From the NCBI GenBank assembly GCA_029059055.1, contig JAIDWS010000034.1, positions 20,249 to 69,512 on the forward strand: DNA of 49,264 nt, read 5' to 3'. A program made the position numbers and the translations under genes. The notes beneath the pieces are model-generated. The model did not search any database, was not told where the DNA came from, and saw only the letters and a list, made by a program, of their open reading frames with translations. Positions 39,630 through 49,264 of this stretch are shown here, in pieces. This DNA comes from Alphaproteobacteria bacterium. Lineage in GTDB: Bacteria; Pseudomonadota; Alphaproteobacteria; Rs-D84. Each line of letters opens with the position of its first letter. Within the stretch, counting starts at the first letter, position 1.

Positions 39630-40508
39630 TTAATTTATCCCCATGCCAAATCGATTCCAGCGCATCTTGTTCCCCCAATTCCAGATGGCCAACATCGACG
39701 AATGATAGTTGTGTGAATACCAGACAAACCATACTTTGCCCAGCAAATTGTCACGCGGCACAAACCCGACCGGACCACGGCTGTCGCCACTGTTGTCGCG
39801 ATTGTCCCCCATAAAGAAGTAATGGCCGTCCGGCACCGTAAAGGCCGGCGTGTTATCGTACATCGCGTTGTCCGCGTATTCAATAATGCTGTGCGATACG
39901 CCGTTCGGCAATGTTTCGGTGTATTCGGTCACCTGGAAGACGCCGCATTCGGTCGGATACATGTTGCAAAAACGGTTGTCTTTGTATTCAATGGTGTAAT
40001 TGAAATCAACCGGGGCGTTATCCATCCAAATCTTGTTCCCCTTAATCGAAATGTTATCGCGGTAATACCCGACACTGCGCAGTGATTTCGGTAATGTCGC
40101 GACAATATACGGCCGCGGGTTGGACCGTTCAACCTGTTGCCCATTGATGTACAGACGACCGTCAATCATCTGGATGGTGTCGCCGGGTCGCCCGATTAAG
40201 CGTTTGACATAATCCAACCGTTCATCGACCGGGTTGCGGAATACAATCACGTCGCCCACATCCGGTTCCGATGCCAAGAAACGCCCGTTCCACAAATGCC
40301 ATGACCCAAACGGGAAAGAATATCGGGAATACCCGTACGCCCATTTTTCAACAAAGATATGGTCCCCGATATGCAGTGTCGGAATCATTGACCCGGACGG
40401 GATGTTAAACGGTTCGATTAAAATACTGCGAAACGCGATTGCAATCAGCGCCCCGTAAAACAAAGTATTAAACCATTCGCGTGCTGTGTTTTTGTTTTTT
40501 GCCGGCAT
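39630..40508 (-). CDS. lepB: Signal peptidase I
   Basis: IPSGSM.PTL, YVKRLIG.PGD and GDNRDNS.DSR motifs; lepB-rnc order. Confidence 0.95.
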   Translation of the reverse strand: MPAKNKNTAREWFNTLFYGALIAIAFRSILIEPFNIPSGSMIPTLHIGDHIFVEKWAYGYSRYSFPFGSWHLWNGRFLASEPDVGDVIVFRNPVDERLDYVKRLIGRPGDTIQMIDGRLYINGQQVERSNPRPYIVATLPKSLRSVGYYRDNISIKGNKIWMDNAPVDFNYTIEYKDNRFCNMYPTECGVFQVTEYTETLPNGVSHSIIEYADNAMYDNTPAFTVPDGHYFFMGDNRDNSGDSRGPVGFVPRDNLLGKVWFVWYSHNYHSSMLAIWNWGNKMRWNRFGMGIN

Positions 40509-40579
40509 AAATTTCAATCCTTTCTTTGTTCGATATATTAAAACTTGAAATGAATTTGCGCAAGCTATAATATGCACAT

Positions 40580-42106
40580 ATGATTTCTTTGAATTCCATT
40601 ATTTTCAACGGCATGGACAGCACGCGTATTGATGTCCAGGTTCAATTGTCCAGCGGTTTGTCCAAACCGGAATTTAACATTATCGGGTTGGCCGACCGCG
40701 CGGTCAAAGAATCTGCGGAACGCATTCGCAATGTGTTGGCGGCACTGAACCTGTCATTACCGCCCAAGCGGTTAACGGTCAATCTGTCCCCGGCCGACGT
40801 GGAAAAATCCGGGTCGCATTTTGATTTGCCGATATTGTGCGGCATTCTGTGCGCACTGGGCGTATTACCCGAAGACCAGATATCCAAATACATCATCCTG
40901 GGCGAAGTGGGGCTGAACGGCGCAATTGTAAAGGCCGGCGGCGTTCTGCCCGCCAGTGTCTGGGCCGGGGCCAACGGATATGGCATCATTTGCCCCGCAT
41001 CCCAAGGGGCCGAAGCACGCTGGGCCGGTCACACCGACATTGTGGCGGCCGCACATGTCTTGGATTTAATCAATCATTTCAAAGGAACACAGATTCTGCC
41101 AATTCCCCCGATGACAACGCCCGGCACCGATGCAACGCAACCCACGGCCGACCTGGCCGAGGTACGCGGCCAACAGGCGGCCAAGCGGGCCCTGGAAATC
41201 GCGGCGGCGGGCGGGCATGCCATGTTAATGGTCGGGCCACCCGGGTCGGGCAAAACAATGTTGGCGTCACGGTTGCCCACAATTATGCCGGAAATGACCG
41301 CGGACGAAATCTTGGAAACATCCATCATTTATTCAATCGCCGGGCAATTGGATGGACAATCATTGGTATCTGCCCGCCCATTTCGCAGTGTTCATCACAC
41401 CGCCAGTGCTGTTGCATTGGCCGGTGGCGGGTCGGACGCGCGACCGGGCGAAATATCATTGGCACACAATGGGGTATTATTTCTGGACGAATTGCCGGAA
41501 TTCAGTCGGACAACACTGGAAATCCTGCGCCAGCCGATGGAATCGGGCAAAATCATGATTTCACGCGCGCGGCGTAACGCCACGTATCCGGCACGATTTC
41601 AATTAATTGCGGCCATGAACCCATGTCCGTGTGGGCATTTGGGCAATCCCAACATGTCTTGTTCGCGTGCGCCGCGTTGCGCCGAAGCGTACCAGAACAA
41701 AATATCCGGCCCACTGTTGGACCGCATTGATTTGCATGTGGACGTGGATGCGGTCAACCCATGGGAAATGGACCGTGTTGACGATACGCCCGCCGAATCC
41801 AGCGCCACGGTTCGCGCCCGTGTTGTTGCCGCCCGCAATATGCAAATCGCCCGCCAGGGATGCGTAAACGCACAACTGGATGGCGCGGCATTGGATGCGG
41901 CCGTCAAATTATCACCGGAATTAACACAATTCTTGAACGCCGCCGCGGAAAAGATGGGAATGTCGGCCCGCGGCTATAACCGGATAAAGCGTATTGCGCG
42001 TACAATTGCGGACCTGCGCGGGGCGACGGATGTTGAAATGGCGGACCTGGCCGAGGCTTTATCGTACCGTCCCATCAATCGGGGCAAATACGGCGTGCGA
42101 TTATAA
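40580..42106 (+). CDS. comM: YifB/ComM Mg-chelatase-like AAA+ ATPase
   Basis: NLSPAD..K.G..FDLP, GPPGSGKT, PGEISLAH.GVLFLDE, MNPCPCG and SGPLLDRID motifs. Confidence 0.94.
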   Translation: MISLNSIIFNGMDSTRIDVQVQLSSGLSKPEFNIIGLADRAVKESAERIRNVLAALNLSLPPKRLTVNLSPADVEKSGSHFDLPILCGILCALGVLPEDQISKYIILGEVGLNGAIVKAGGVLPASVWAGANGYGIICPASQGAEARWAGHTDIVAAAHVLDLINHFKGTQILPIPPMTTPGTDATQPTADLAEVRGQQAAKRALEIAAAGGHAMLMVGPPGSGKTMLASRLPTIMPEMTADEILETSIIYSIAGQLDGQSLVSARPFRSVHHTASAVALAGGGSDARPGEISLAHNGVLFLDELPEFSRTTLEILRQPMESGKIMISRARRNATYPARFQLIAAMNPCPCGHLGNPNMSCSRAPRCAEAYQNKISGPLLDRIDLHVDVDAVNPWEMDRVDDTPAESSATVRARVVAARNMQIARQGCVNAQLDGAALDAAVKLSPELTQFLNAAAEKMGMSARGYNRIKRIARTIADLRGATDVEMADLAEALSYRPINRGKYGVRL

Positions 42107-42170
42107 AAATCCCCGCAATCGGGGATTTTTTTGTGTGGAATGCGCCCCCAGGGAAATGGGCGGGCGCGGG

Positions 42171-42398
42171 TTATAAATTTGCCCGGCTGCGCTTGATAAT
42201 CAGCAATGCGAATGCCCCGTGGAAAAAGCGGCGCAGCGTGCCTTCGCTAAACAAATCATCCCCGCGTTCGCATCGCTGATAATCTTTCTTGCTCATTTTC
42301 AATAACGCGGCGGCGTCCGCCACACTGATGCGCAGGTGTTGCCGCGCACAGCGCATGATATTGCCATAGTAGTTTGCATCGATTAATAATTTAGCCAT
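42171..42398 (-). CDS. Small XRE/Cro-like helix-turn-helix protein (copy 2)
   Basis: 73 of 75 aa identical to 38325-38552. Confidence 0.8.
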   Translation of the reverse strand: MAKLLIDANYYGNIMRCARQHLRISVADAAALLKMSKKDYQRCERGDDLFSEGTLRRFFHGAFALLIIKRSRANL

Positions 42399-42422
42399 AG
42401 TTTTAACTCCCTTGGTTTTTTA

Positions 42423-42591
42423 TAAAAAACACCGCCGCACATTATGTGGGCGGTTGGAGGTTAGTAACTATTGAAACGATAGTGTCGCTTATTCAGATAT
42501 ATCGCGACCCTCCAACCAATGGTTGGAGATGTTTTGTGTCTTCGCAGACAGTTTCAACGGGTTACTACACCCTGCACCGGATTCCCAATGC
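42423..42591 (-). ncRNA. C4-antisense-like structured leader RNA with terminator (copy C)
   Basis: Promoter TTGAAC-N17-TATACT at 42598-42626 (minus); same stems as copy B; TAGTAAC/GTTACTA and TTGAAAC/GTTTCAA pairings. Confidence 0.7.
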
Positions 42592-42652
42592 GAATCCAGT
42601 ATATCGCATTATACGCGAATGTTCAAGGAATTATGTAATATTTGGTGTGTAT

Positions 42653-44680
<2,028 letters not shown>

Positions 44681-44778
44681 TCAAAAAAATCACGCAATTG
44701 AAATATCAATGTTTGACAATCTGTCCTATGTGTTTTTATAATTTGTGCTGTGAATGTAATCCCAACCAAAGAACCAAA

Positions 44779-45144
44779 ATGAAACAGATAATCGTATTAA
44801 TGTTACCATGGGCATTGGCGGCGTGCGGAACCATGGGCATCGGCAGCAATCATAAAACAACCGTATTCAATAATTCCGGCGATGTTGTTTTCGCAACCGG
44901 CGAAATGGGCCGTATTAAAATCCAACCCGAAACATCCACCGAAATCCATACCGGGGAACGCTTTGAATTATCCAGCAAAAACCCGGACTGTGATACGTTG
45001 GTGGTGGATGGGCGTCTGAATACGGCCGCGGTTTTTCTGGACATTATACCCGGGGGATTGTTGGGTGTGTTGCCCATATTTGTGGACGCCATGACAAAAA
45101 ATATGTATAAAATGCCCCACGAATATATATACGAATGCCAATAA
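44779..45144 (+). CDS. Lipoprotein of unknown function
   Basis: Lipobox LAAC; C-terminal hydrophobic hairpin followed by VDAMT..MY. Confidence 0.7.
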   Translation: MKQIIVLMLPWALAACGTMGIGSNHKTTVFNNSGDVVFATGEMGRIKIQPETSTEIHTGERFELSSKNPDCDTLVVDGRLNTAAVFLDIIPGGLLGVLPIFVDAMTKNMYKMPHEYIYECQ

Positions 45145-45174
45145 GAATTACAAAATCCCGCATCTGCGGGATTT

Positions 45175-45438
45175 TTAATCGCCCCCAGGCGCATCATCCG
45201 TTTCAGACGCGTCCCCGGTCATCAGACTGGTGAATTCCGCCATCGGTGTGTTGGTTGCCGCCAAAACTTTCTGAATTGTTCCCATGGATAAATATCGCGG
45301 TTTGCCATCACGGGTGGTCCGCTTGCTTTTGTTAAACGTTGTCGCATTCAGTCCACTGACCACCGCCAGGCGGGAACATGACATATTCAAACGGCGGGCC
45401 AGTGCATCAATCGCATCCCATAATGCTTTATTACTCAT
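45175..45438 (-). CDS. Helix-turn-helix transcriptional regulator (alphaproteobacterial XRE type, no S24 peptidase domain)
   Basis: LWDAIDALA...S.LA..SGL..TTFNKSKR...G.PR..S..TI.KVL; SD AGGAG. Confidence 0.85.
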   Translation of the reverse strand: MSNKALWDAIDALARRLNMSCSRLAVVSGLNATTFNKSKRTTRDGKPRYLSMGTIQKVLAATNTPMAEFTSLMTGDASETDDAPGGD

Positions 45439-45614
45439 TCTTCTCTCCTGTTTTTATTCTACATTAAAACACAGACAGCATACCGCATTATGATTGTATT
45501 CCTGAAACAATTCAAGTGATTTTAGTAAGCAAATATTCCTAACCGCACCCTGCGCCAATTTTACGCAAATAAAAATCCCGGTCATACCGGGATTTCAAGG
45601 TTACCAACGGGGGC

Positions 45615-46427
45615 TTATTTTTCTTCCAGCCCACGCAGAACGATGTCTTTTAAATCGTTCGGCATCATACCGGTGGTCGAATAACCACAATCGACGTGAT
45701 GCACTTCGCCGGTGACCGCACTGGACAAATTGCTGAACAAATACAGTGCCGCACCCGAAACATCATCCAACGTCATATTGCGACGCAGCGGGGTCTGGTC
45801 CGCGTTCAGGCGCAACATCGCCTTGAACCCGCCAACACCACTGGACGCCAATGTCATAATCGGCCCGGCACTGATGGCATTGACGCGAATGTTGTCACGT
45901 CCCAAATCAGACGCCAGATAACGCACACTGCTGTCCAGGGCGGATTTAGCCACGCCCATAACGTTGTAATTCGGCACGGATTTTTCCCCGCCAAAATATG
46001 TCAATGTGACAATGCTGCCGCCATCTTTCATCAATTTGGACGCACGACGTGTCAAATCGACCAGGGAATAAACAGAAATATCCATGGTGTTTTTGAAATT
46101 ATCGCGTGATGTATCGGCATAGCGGCCCGTCAATTCGTTTTTATCCGAAAAAGCAATCGCATGCAGCATCCCGTCCAGATGGCCCCATTCCTTTTCAATG
46201 GCGGCGAACAAAGCATCCATTTGTTCATCGTTCTGTACGTTGCATTCCTGAACAAACTTTGCGCCGATGGATTCGGCCAGCGGGCGAACCCGCTTTTCCA
46301 GCGCCGGCATCGCGTACGGCATGGCGATTTCCGCCCCTTCTTCGTGGGCGCGTTTGGCAATAGCCCAGGCCATAGACCAGTCATTGGCCACGCCTGTGAT
46401 TAAAATCTTTTTTCCTTTCAATAACAT
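45615..46427 (-). CDS. fabI: Enoyl-ACP reductase FabI
   Basis: GVAN..S.AW.IA, H.IAF, YNVMGVAK, RVNAISAGPI.TLA and TGEVHHVD.G motifs. Confidence 0.95.
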   Translation of the reverse strand: MLLKGKKILITGVANDWSMAWAIAKRAHEEGAEIAMPYAMPALEKRVRPLAESIGAKFVQECNVQNDEQMDALFAAIEKEWGHLDGMLHAIAFSDKNELTGRYADTSRDNFKNTMDISVYSLVDLTRRASKLMKDGGSIVTLTYFGGEKSVPNYNVMGVAKSALDSSVRYLASDLGRDNIRVNAISAGPIMTLASSGVGGFKAMLRLNADQTPLRRNMTLDDVSGAALYLFSNLSSAVTGEVHHVDCGYSTTGMMPNDLKDIVLRGLEEK

Positions 46428-46546
46428 TTTGTATCCTTTTAAGTGATATTGGACGGTAAAAAATATAGCATCAAAATACAAAGATGGCAATAATTAAAAA
46501 AAAGACTTGAAATGGGTAAAAATACAGTATAATATATGCGGGCAAT

Positions 46547-46622
46547 TCGGGCATAGTTCAGTCGGTAGAACAACGGACTGTTAATCCGTATGTCGCTGGT
46601 TCGAGTCCAGCTGCCCGAGCCA
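46547..46622 (+). tRNA. tRNA-Asn(GTT)
   Basis: 76 nt; acceptor TCGGGCA/TGCCCGA; anticodon arm ACGGA-CTGTTAA-TCCGT; GGTTCGAGTCC; CCA. Confidence 0.97.
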
Positions 46623-46873
46623 AGAATTCCGCGCCTTTCGTCAGATTGGCGCGTTTTTTGTTTTTCCCTATGGGGCCCGTATGGGGCACTTGCTTTAATA
46701 AAGCATAACACTTCGTGGCAAGTCATAACCAAAATAAAAGCTCTGAATTCCGAGTCTTTTTTTGTGTTTTTTAGCCCGCTAGTGCCCCGAATTTGCCCCA
46801 CACACAACACAGATCGCCAAAAACCCAGTTTTTCAAGCACTTAAACCAAAAGACAACCAGATTAACAATCTTG

Positions 46874-47143
46874 TTACCTACCGCTTTTGCCATATACTAT
46901 TTTAAAATTCCATCTGTTCTTTTTGCGGAATGAGATATGTGGGCGCTTTGTGCTGATAACCAGCACAAGATGCCCAATCCATACGCGTATGTATCGTTCC
47001 GTAATCTGCGCAAGTTTTATCTTTTGATGTGTACGCATTTCCGTGCCATTGGTGTATTCTACTTCAACGCTGCGGCCAAGGCCATATTTGTTGTTATTGA
47101 AATCCAGCCCATATTCTACAAAGATTTTTTTAATTCCGGCCAT
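46874..47143 (-). CDS. DUF3977-like small protein
   Basis: Recalled pattern K..E.G...R..E.E..GTE...YIR.WI...L...K..R..FK...G. Confidence 0.6.
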   Translation of the reverse strand: MAGIKKIFVEYGLDFNNNKYGLGRSVEVEYTNGTEMRTHQKIKLAQITERYIRVWIGHLVLVISTKRPHISFRKKNRWNFKIVYGKSGR

Positions 47144-47196
47144 TTGATTAAATTTATATCACAAATTTGACTCGCAAGAAAGGCTTTTTAGTTTTA

Positions 47197-47352
47197 TAAA
47201 CTCATCCGGGCATTCTGCTCGATAATTGCAAGTTATCCCGAGCCAAGATTTATGAGACGCCCCACCGGGGCGGTTTTTGTTATGGTGACCTTGGCCTATG
47301 TGCCGTTCGATAATTTGTGAATTAAAATGGCAGATTTTTCATAATTATCGAA
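47197..47352 (+). repeat. 156-bp structured direct repeat, copy 1
   Basis: Ungapped alignment to 48740-48895. Confidence 0.9.
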
Positions 47353-47468
47353 TACTGAAAACAAAAAGAGCTGGAAATCCAACCTTTTTCATATATTCGA
47401 GTCCGACTGCCCTGGTTTTTATTGTTTTGTGCACAAGATACGATTATAATCCCAGAAAAGGATTACAA

Positions 47469-47768
47469 ATGAAAAAACTATTCTTGATTTTACCAATGTC
47501 TATTTTTCTATTTGGGTGCGATGATAATAACAAAGAATATACATCGCCAGTTGTTGAAATGAGAGTAGAAAAAGACCAATATGGTTTCGGAGCAAAATCA
47601 GAACCGTTTAGAATTTGTGAGAATACAGGCGGCCCCGCTTCATTGGGTGTGAACACTAATGATAAAAGTGACTGTTTGGATGATAAATATTATCAAATCG
47701 TCTACTTCGTTGACACATCTTCTATGTATGGTAAGAAAATGATGTGCAGACTAATTCCAACAAATTAA
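47469..47768 (+). CDS. Small lipoprotein
   Basis: SD AAGGGA-like; MKKLF...LFGC lipobox. Confidence 0.7.
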   Translation: MKKLFLILPMSIFLFGCDDNNKEYTSPVVEMRVEKDQYGFGAKSEPFRICENTGGPASLGVNTNDKSDCLDDKYYQIVYFVDTSSMYGKKMMCRLIPTN

Positions 47769-47782
47769 AAGCGGTGATTTCG

Positions 47783-47959
47783 ATGACAAATATTTATATT
47801 AAACCTGATATATATGAAAAAGCTTTAAGGTTGATAGATAAAAATGGATGTCTAAGTATCTCGCAACTGAAACAAGAATTATTGGTCAGCCAAGATACCG
47901 CAAAAAAGATAGCTACACAGTTGCTATCTGACTTCCCGGACATTAAGATTGCCGAATAA
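47783..47959 (+). CDS. Small winged-helix protein, FtsK-gamma-like
   Basis: D.YEKA..LI...G..SIS.L...L.V....A.KI..QL. Confidence 0.5.
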   Translation: MTNIYIKPDIYEKALRLIDKNGCLSISQLKQELLVSQDTAKKIATQLLSDFPDIKIAE

Positions 47960-47967
47960 GTTTCTTA

Positions 47968-48678
47968 TTACCACAACCTATCTTCGTAATTAAACAATGC
48001 GACATAGGTTATAAAGGCTCGCCCTTTACTTGTTATTGCGTATTCGCCATCCTTATAACTCATTACCCCCTGCGAAATCAAAAAACGTTTCCAAGGTTCT
48101 AGCTGTATTTCTGCATCCGGCATTTTGCGTTTTTCTTGCTTAAAGAATTTGTCTACTTCGCTTACAGTCTGAGTTTTGACCATATCAAGATGTCTCAGCA
48201 AGCGCATTTGACTACCAAATATAATTCTGTATATTCTTTCAAATTCGGTTGAAAGTCGATAACTAGCAGAATCTCTAATTATTAAATCCATTTTTTTATA
48301 TGGAGATGCAGCTAGGTCTTTCTTTAGCTTAGCTTCTATTTCCAGAGTGTAGTCTCTCAAGCCAGATTGAGCAATTTCTGGCAGTTCATATTCTTTTTTG
48401 CGTTTCTTTAAACTTTTATCGGACGTTGTTGCTGGTATCTCATATAAATTACTTGATATTTCTTTGTTTAAATCCTGTTGCTCTGCCCCAAGATTCACTT
48501 TATTGTCTTTAACTCGCAGTTCCTTTCTTATCTTGACCAAGATTGCTACAATATGTTTTCTCAAGCAAATAAACATCATAAAGACGACAAAAGGCCAACT
48601 AACAAAAAGTGCCATAAAGTTTTTAATCATATAATCTGCTCCACTAGCAAAATATTCCAACAGATTACAAGTGTTCAT
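47968..48678 (-). CDS. Membrane-anchored hypothetical protein with C-terminal winged helix
   Basis: SWP.V TM segment; FERIY..IFGSQ..LL; Y.IT.KGRAF. Confidence 0.65.
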   Translation of the reverse strand: MNTCNLLEYFASGADYMIKNFMALFVSWPFVVFMMFICLRKHIVAILVKIRKELRVKDNKVNLGAEQQDLNKEISSNLYEIPATTSDKSLKKRKKEYELPEIAQSGLRDYTLEIEAKLKKDLAASPYKKMDLIIRDSASYRLSTEFERIYRIIFGSQMRLLRHLDMVKTQTVSEVDKFFKQEKRKMPDAEIQLEPWKRFLISQGVMSYKDGEYAITSKGRAFITYVALFNYEDRLW

Positions 48679-48739
48679 AAAATATCCTTTTTTTGAATTG
48701 TAAGGAATAAATATCAATAAATCAACTTCTGAAATTGTT

Positions 48740-48895
48740 TAAACTCATCCGGAAATTCTGCTCGATAATTGCAAGTTATCTCGAGCCAAGGTTTATAAAC
48801 CGCCCCATCGGGGCGGTTTTTGTTATGGTAACGCTGGCCTGCGCCCGGTTCGATAATTTGCGGCAGGAATTGGCGGATTTTTACCAGTTATCGAA
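48740..48895 (+). repeat. 156-bp structured direct repeat, copy 2
   Basis: Ungapped alignment to 47197-47352. Confidence 0.9.
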
Positions 48896-48955
48896 CAAAA
48901 TATATTGACACAGAGCAATTTTGTGCAAATATATCATTGATAAAAGGATACCCGC

Positions 48956-49264
48956 ATGTTCAAAAATAAATTTGGAGCATTGATAAGCCACCCTTTGGTT
49001 CGGCAAATCGAACAGGACATCAACAAAACCAAAGATAAATGGGAAACGCAGGAGGCGCAAAATTTCCTGAGTCTAATATTCGGCAGTTATAACCCAGAAG
49101 ATTTTGAGCATTTAATCTTTGATAAAAAACCAACCCGATATAATATCGAACAGATGTTGCGTTGTGATAATTTGCCATACAACTATGGCAACAAAACTCA
49201 ATATTATATGAAATGGTTGGTATGCCAAATAACAATGCCAAATAATGTGGATTCTTTTAATCAT
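48956..49264 (+). CDS. Hypothetical protein, truncated by the window end
   Basis: TTGACA at 48905; SD AAGGA; frame MFKNKFGALISHPLVRQIEQD... stays open for 103 codons to the edge (not in the ORF track). Confidence 0.6.
   Translation, partial: MFKNKFGALISHPLVRQIEQDINKTKDKWETQEAQNFLSLIFGSYNPEDFEHLIFDKKPTRYNIEQMLRCDNLPYNYGNKTQYYMKWLVCQITMPNNVDSFNH

Larger units (their letters stand above)
46623..49264. mobile_element. AT-rich accessory island or cassette array after tRNA-Asn (runs off the window)
   Basis: Visible GC drop and different codon style; small orphan genes; two 156-bp repeats; no integrase in view. Confidence 0.65.

Noticed and set aside
40580-42106. comM disrupted by a mobile element (a known hotspot)
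   Set aside because: The ORF is full length and intact
38096-42635. IS-flanked composite transposon
   Set aside because: The repeats encode only a 75-aa HTH with no transposase catalytic domain, terminal IRs or obvious target duplication
45490-45545. TATTCCT repeats upstream of the HTH regulator as an operator
   Set aside because: Only two short AT-rich matches; plausible but too weak to call
47197-48895. Classical integron attC sites
   Set aside because: No clear RYYYAAC/GTTRRRY ends or single long hairpin; the cargo lies on both strands with its own promoters, and no intI is present

Overview
A compact, gene-dense bacterial chromosomal segment. The gene content (murJ-bamD, tilS-ftsH, secG/rnc/lepB, and the 'WxAIDxLA...TTFNKSKR' HTH) points to a streamlined Alphaproteobacterium, possibly a gut-associated Rs-D84/Enterousia-like lineage (inference). 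It carries housekeeping genes (rlpA, murJ, bamD, htpX, tdk, prmC, ftsH, tilS, groES/groEL, a class A PBP, secG, rnc, lepB, comM, ligA, fabI) and three tRNAs (Arg-ACG, Gln-CTG, Asn-GTT), each followed by accessory DNA. Main non-obvious findings: (1) three C4-antisense-like leader RNAs share one fold but carry three different, internally compensated recognition keys; two drive near-identical 75-aa HTH genes in an inverted duplication, and one precedes a nonsense-interrupted Cys-rich gene; (2) integrase-less gene cassettes are separated by 'terminator + tRNA 3-prime end' junctions, at tRNA-Gln and at two 156-bp direct repeats near the right end; (3) a local ECF sigma regulon is defined by a repeated GAACTT-N13-ATCGTTA promoter ahead of the sigma operon, a Spy-like gene and tolC-macAB; (4) a cluster of secreted Cys-rich proteins has a shared operator-like palindrome and an embedded Pol-beta-type nucleotidyltransferase; (5) many genes appear leaderless. 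No CRISPR array, rRNA, intact transposase or integrase was seen. All calls were made by eye, without database searches.
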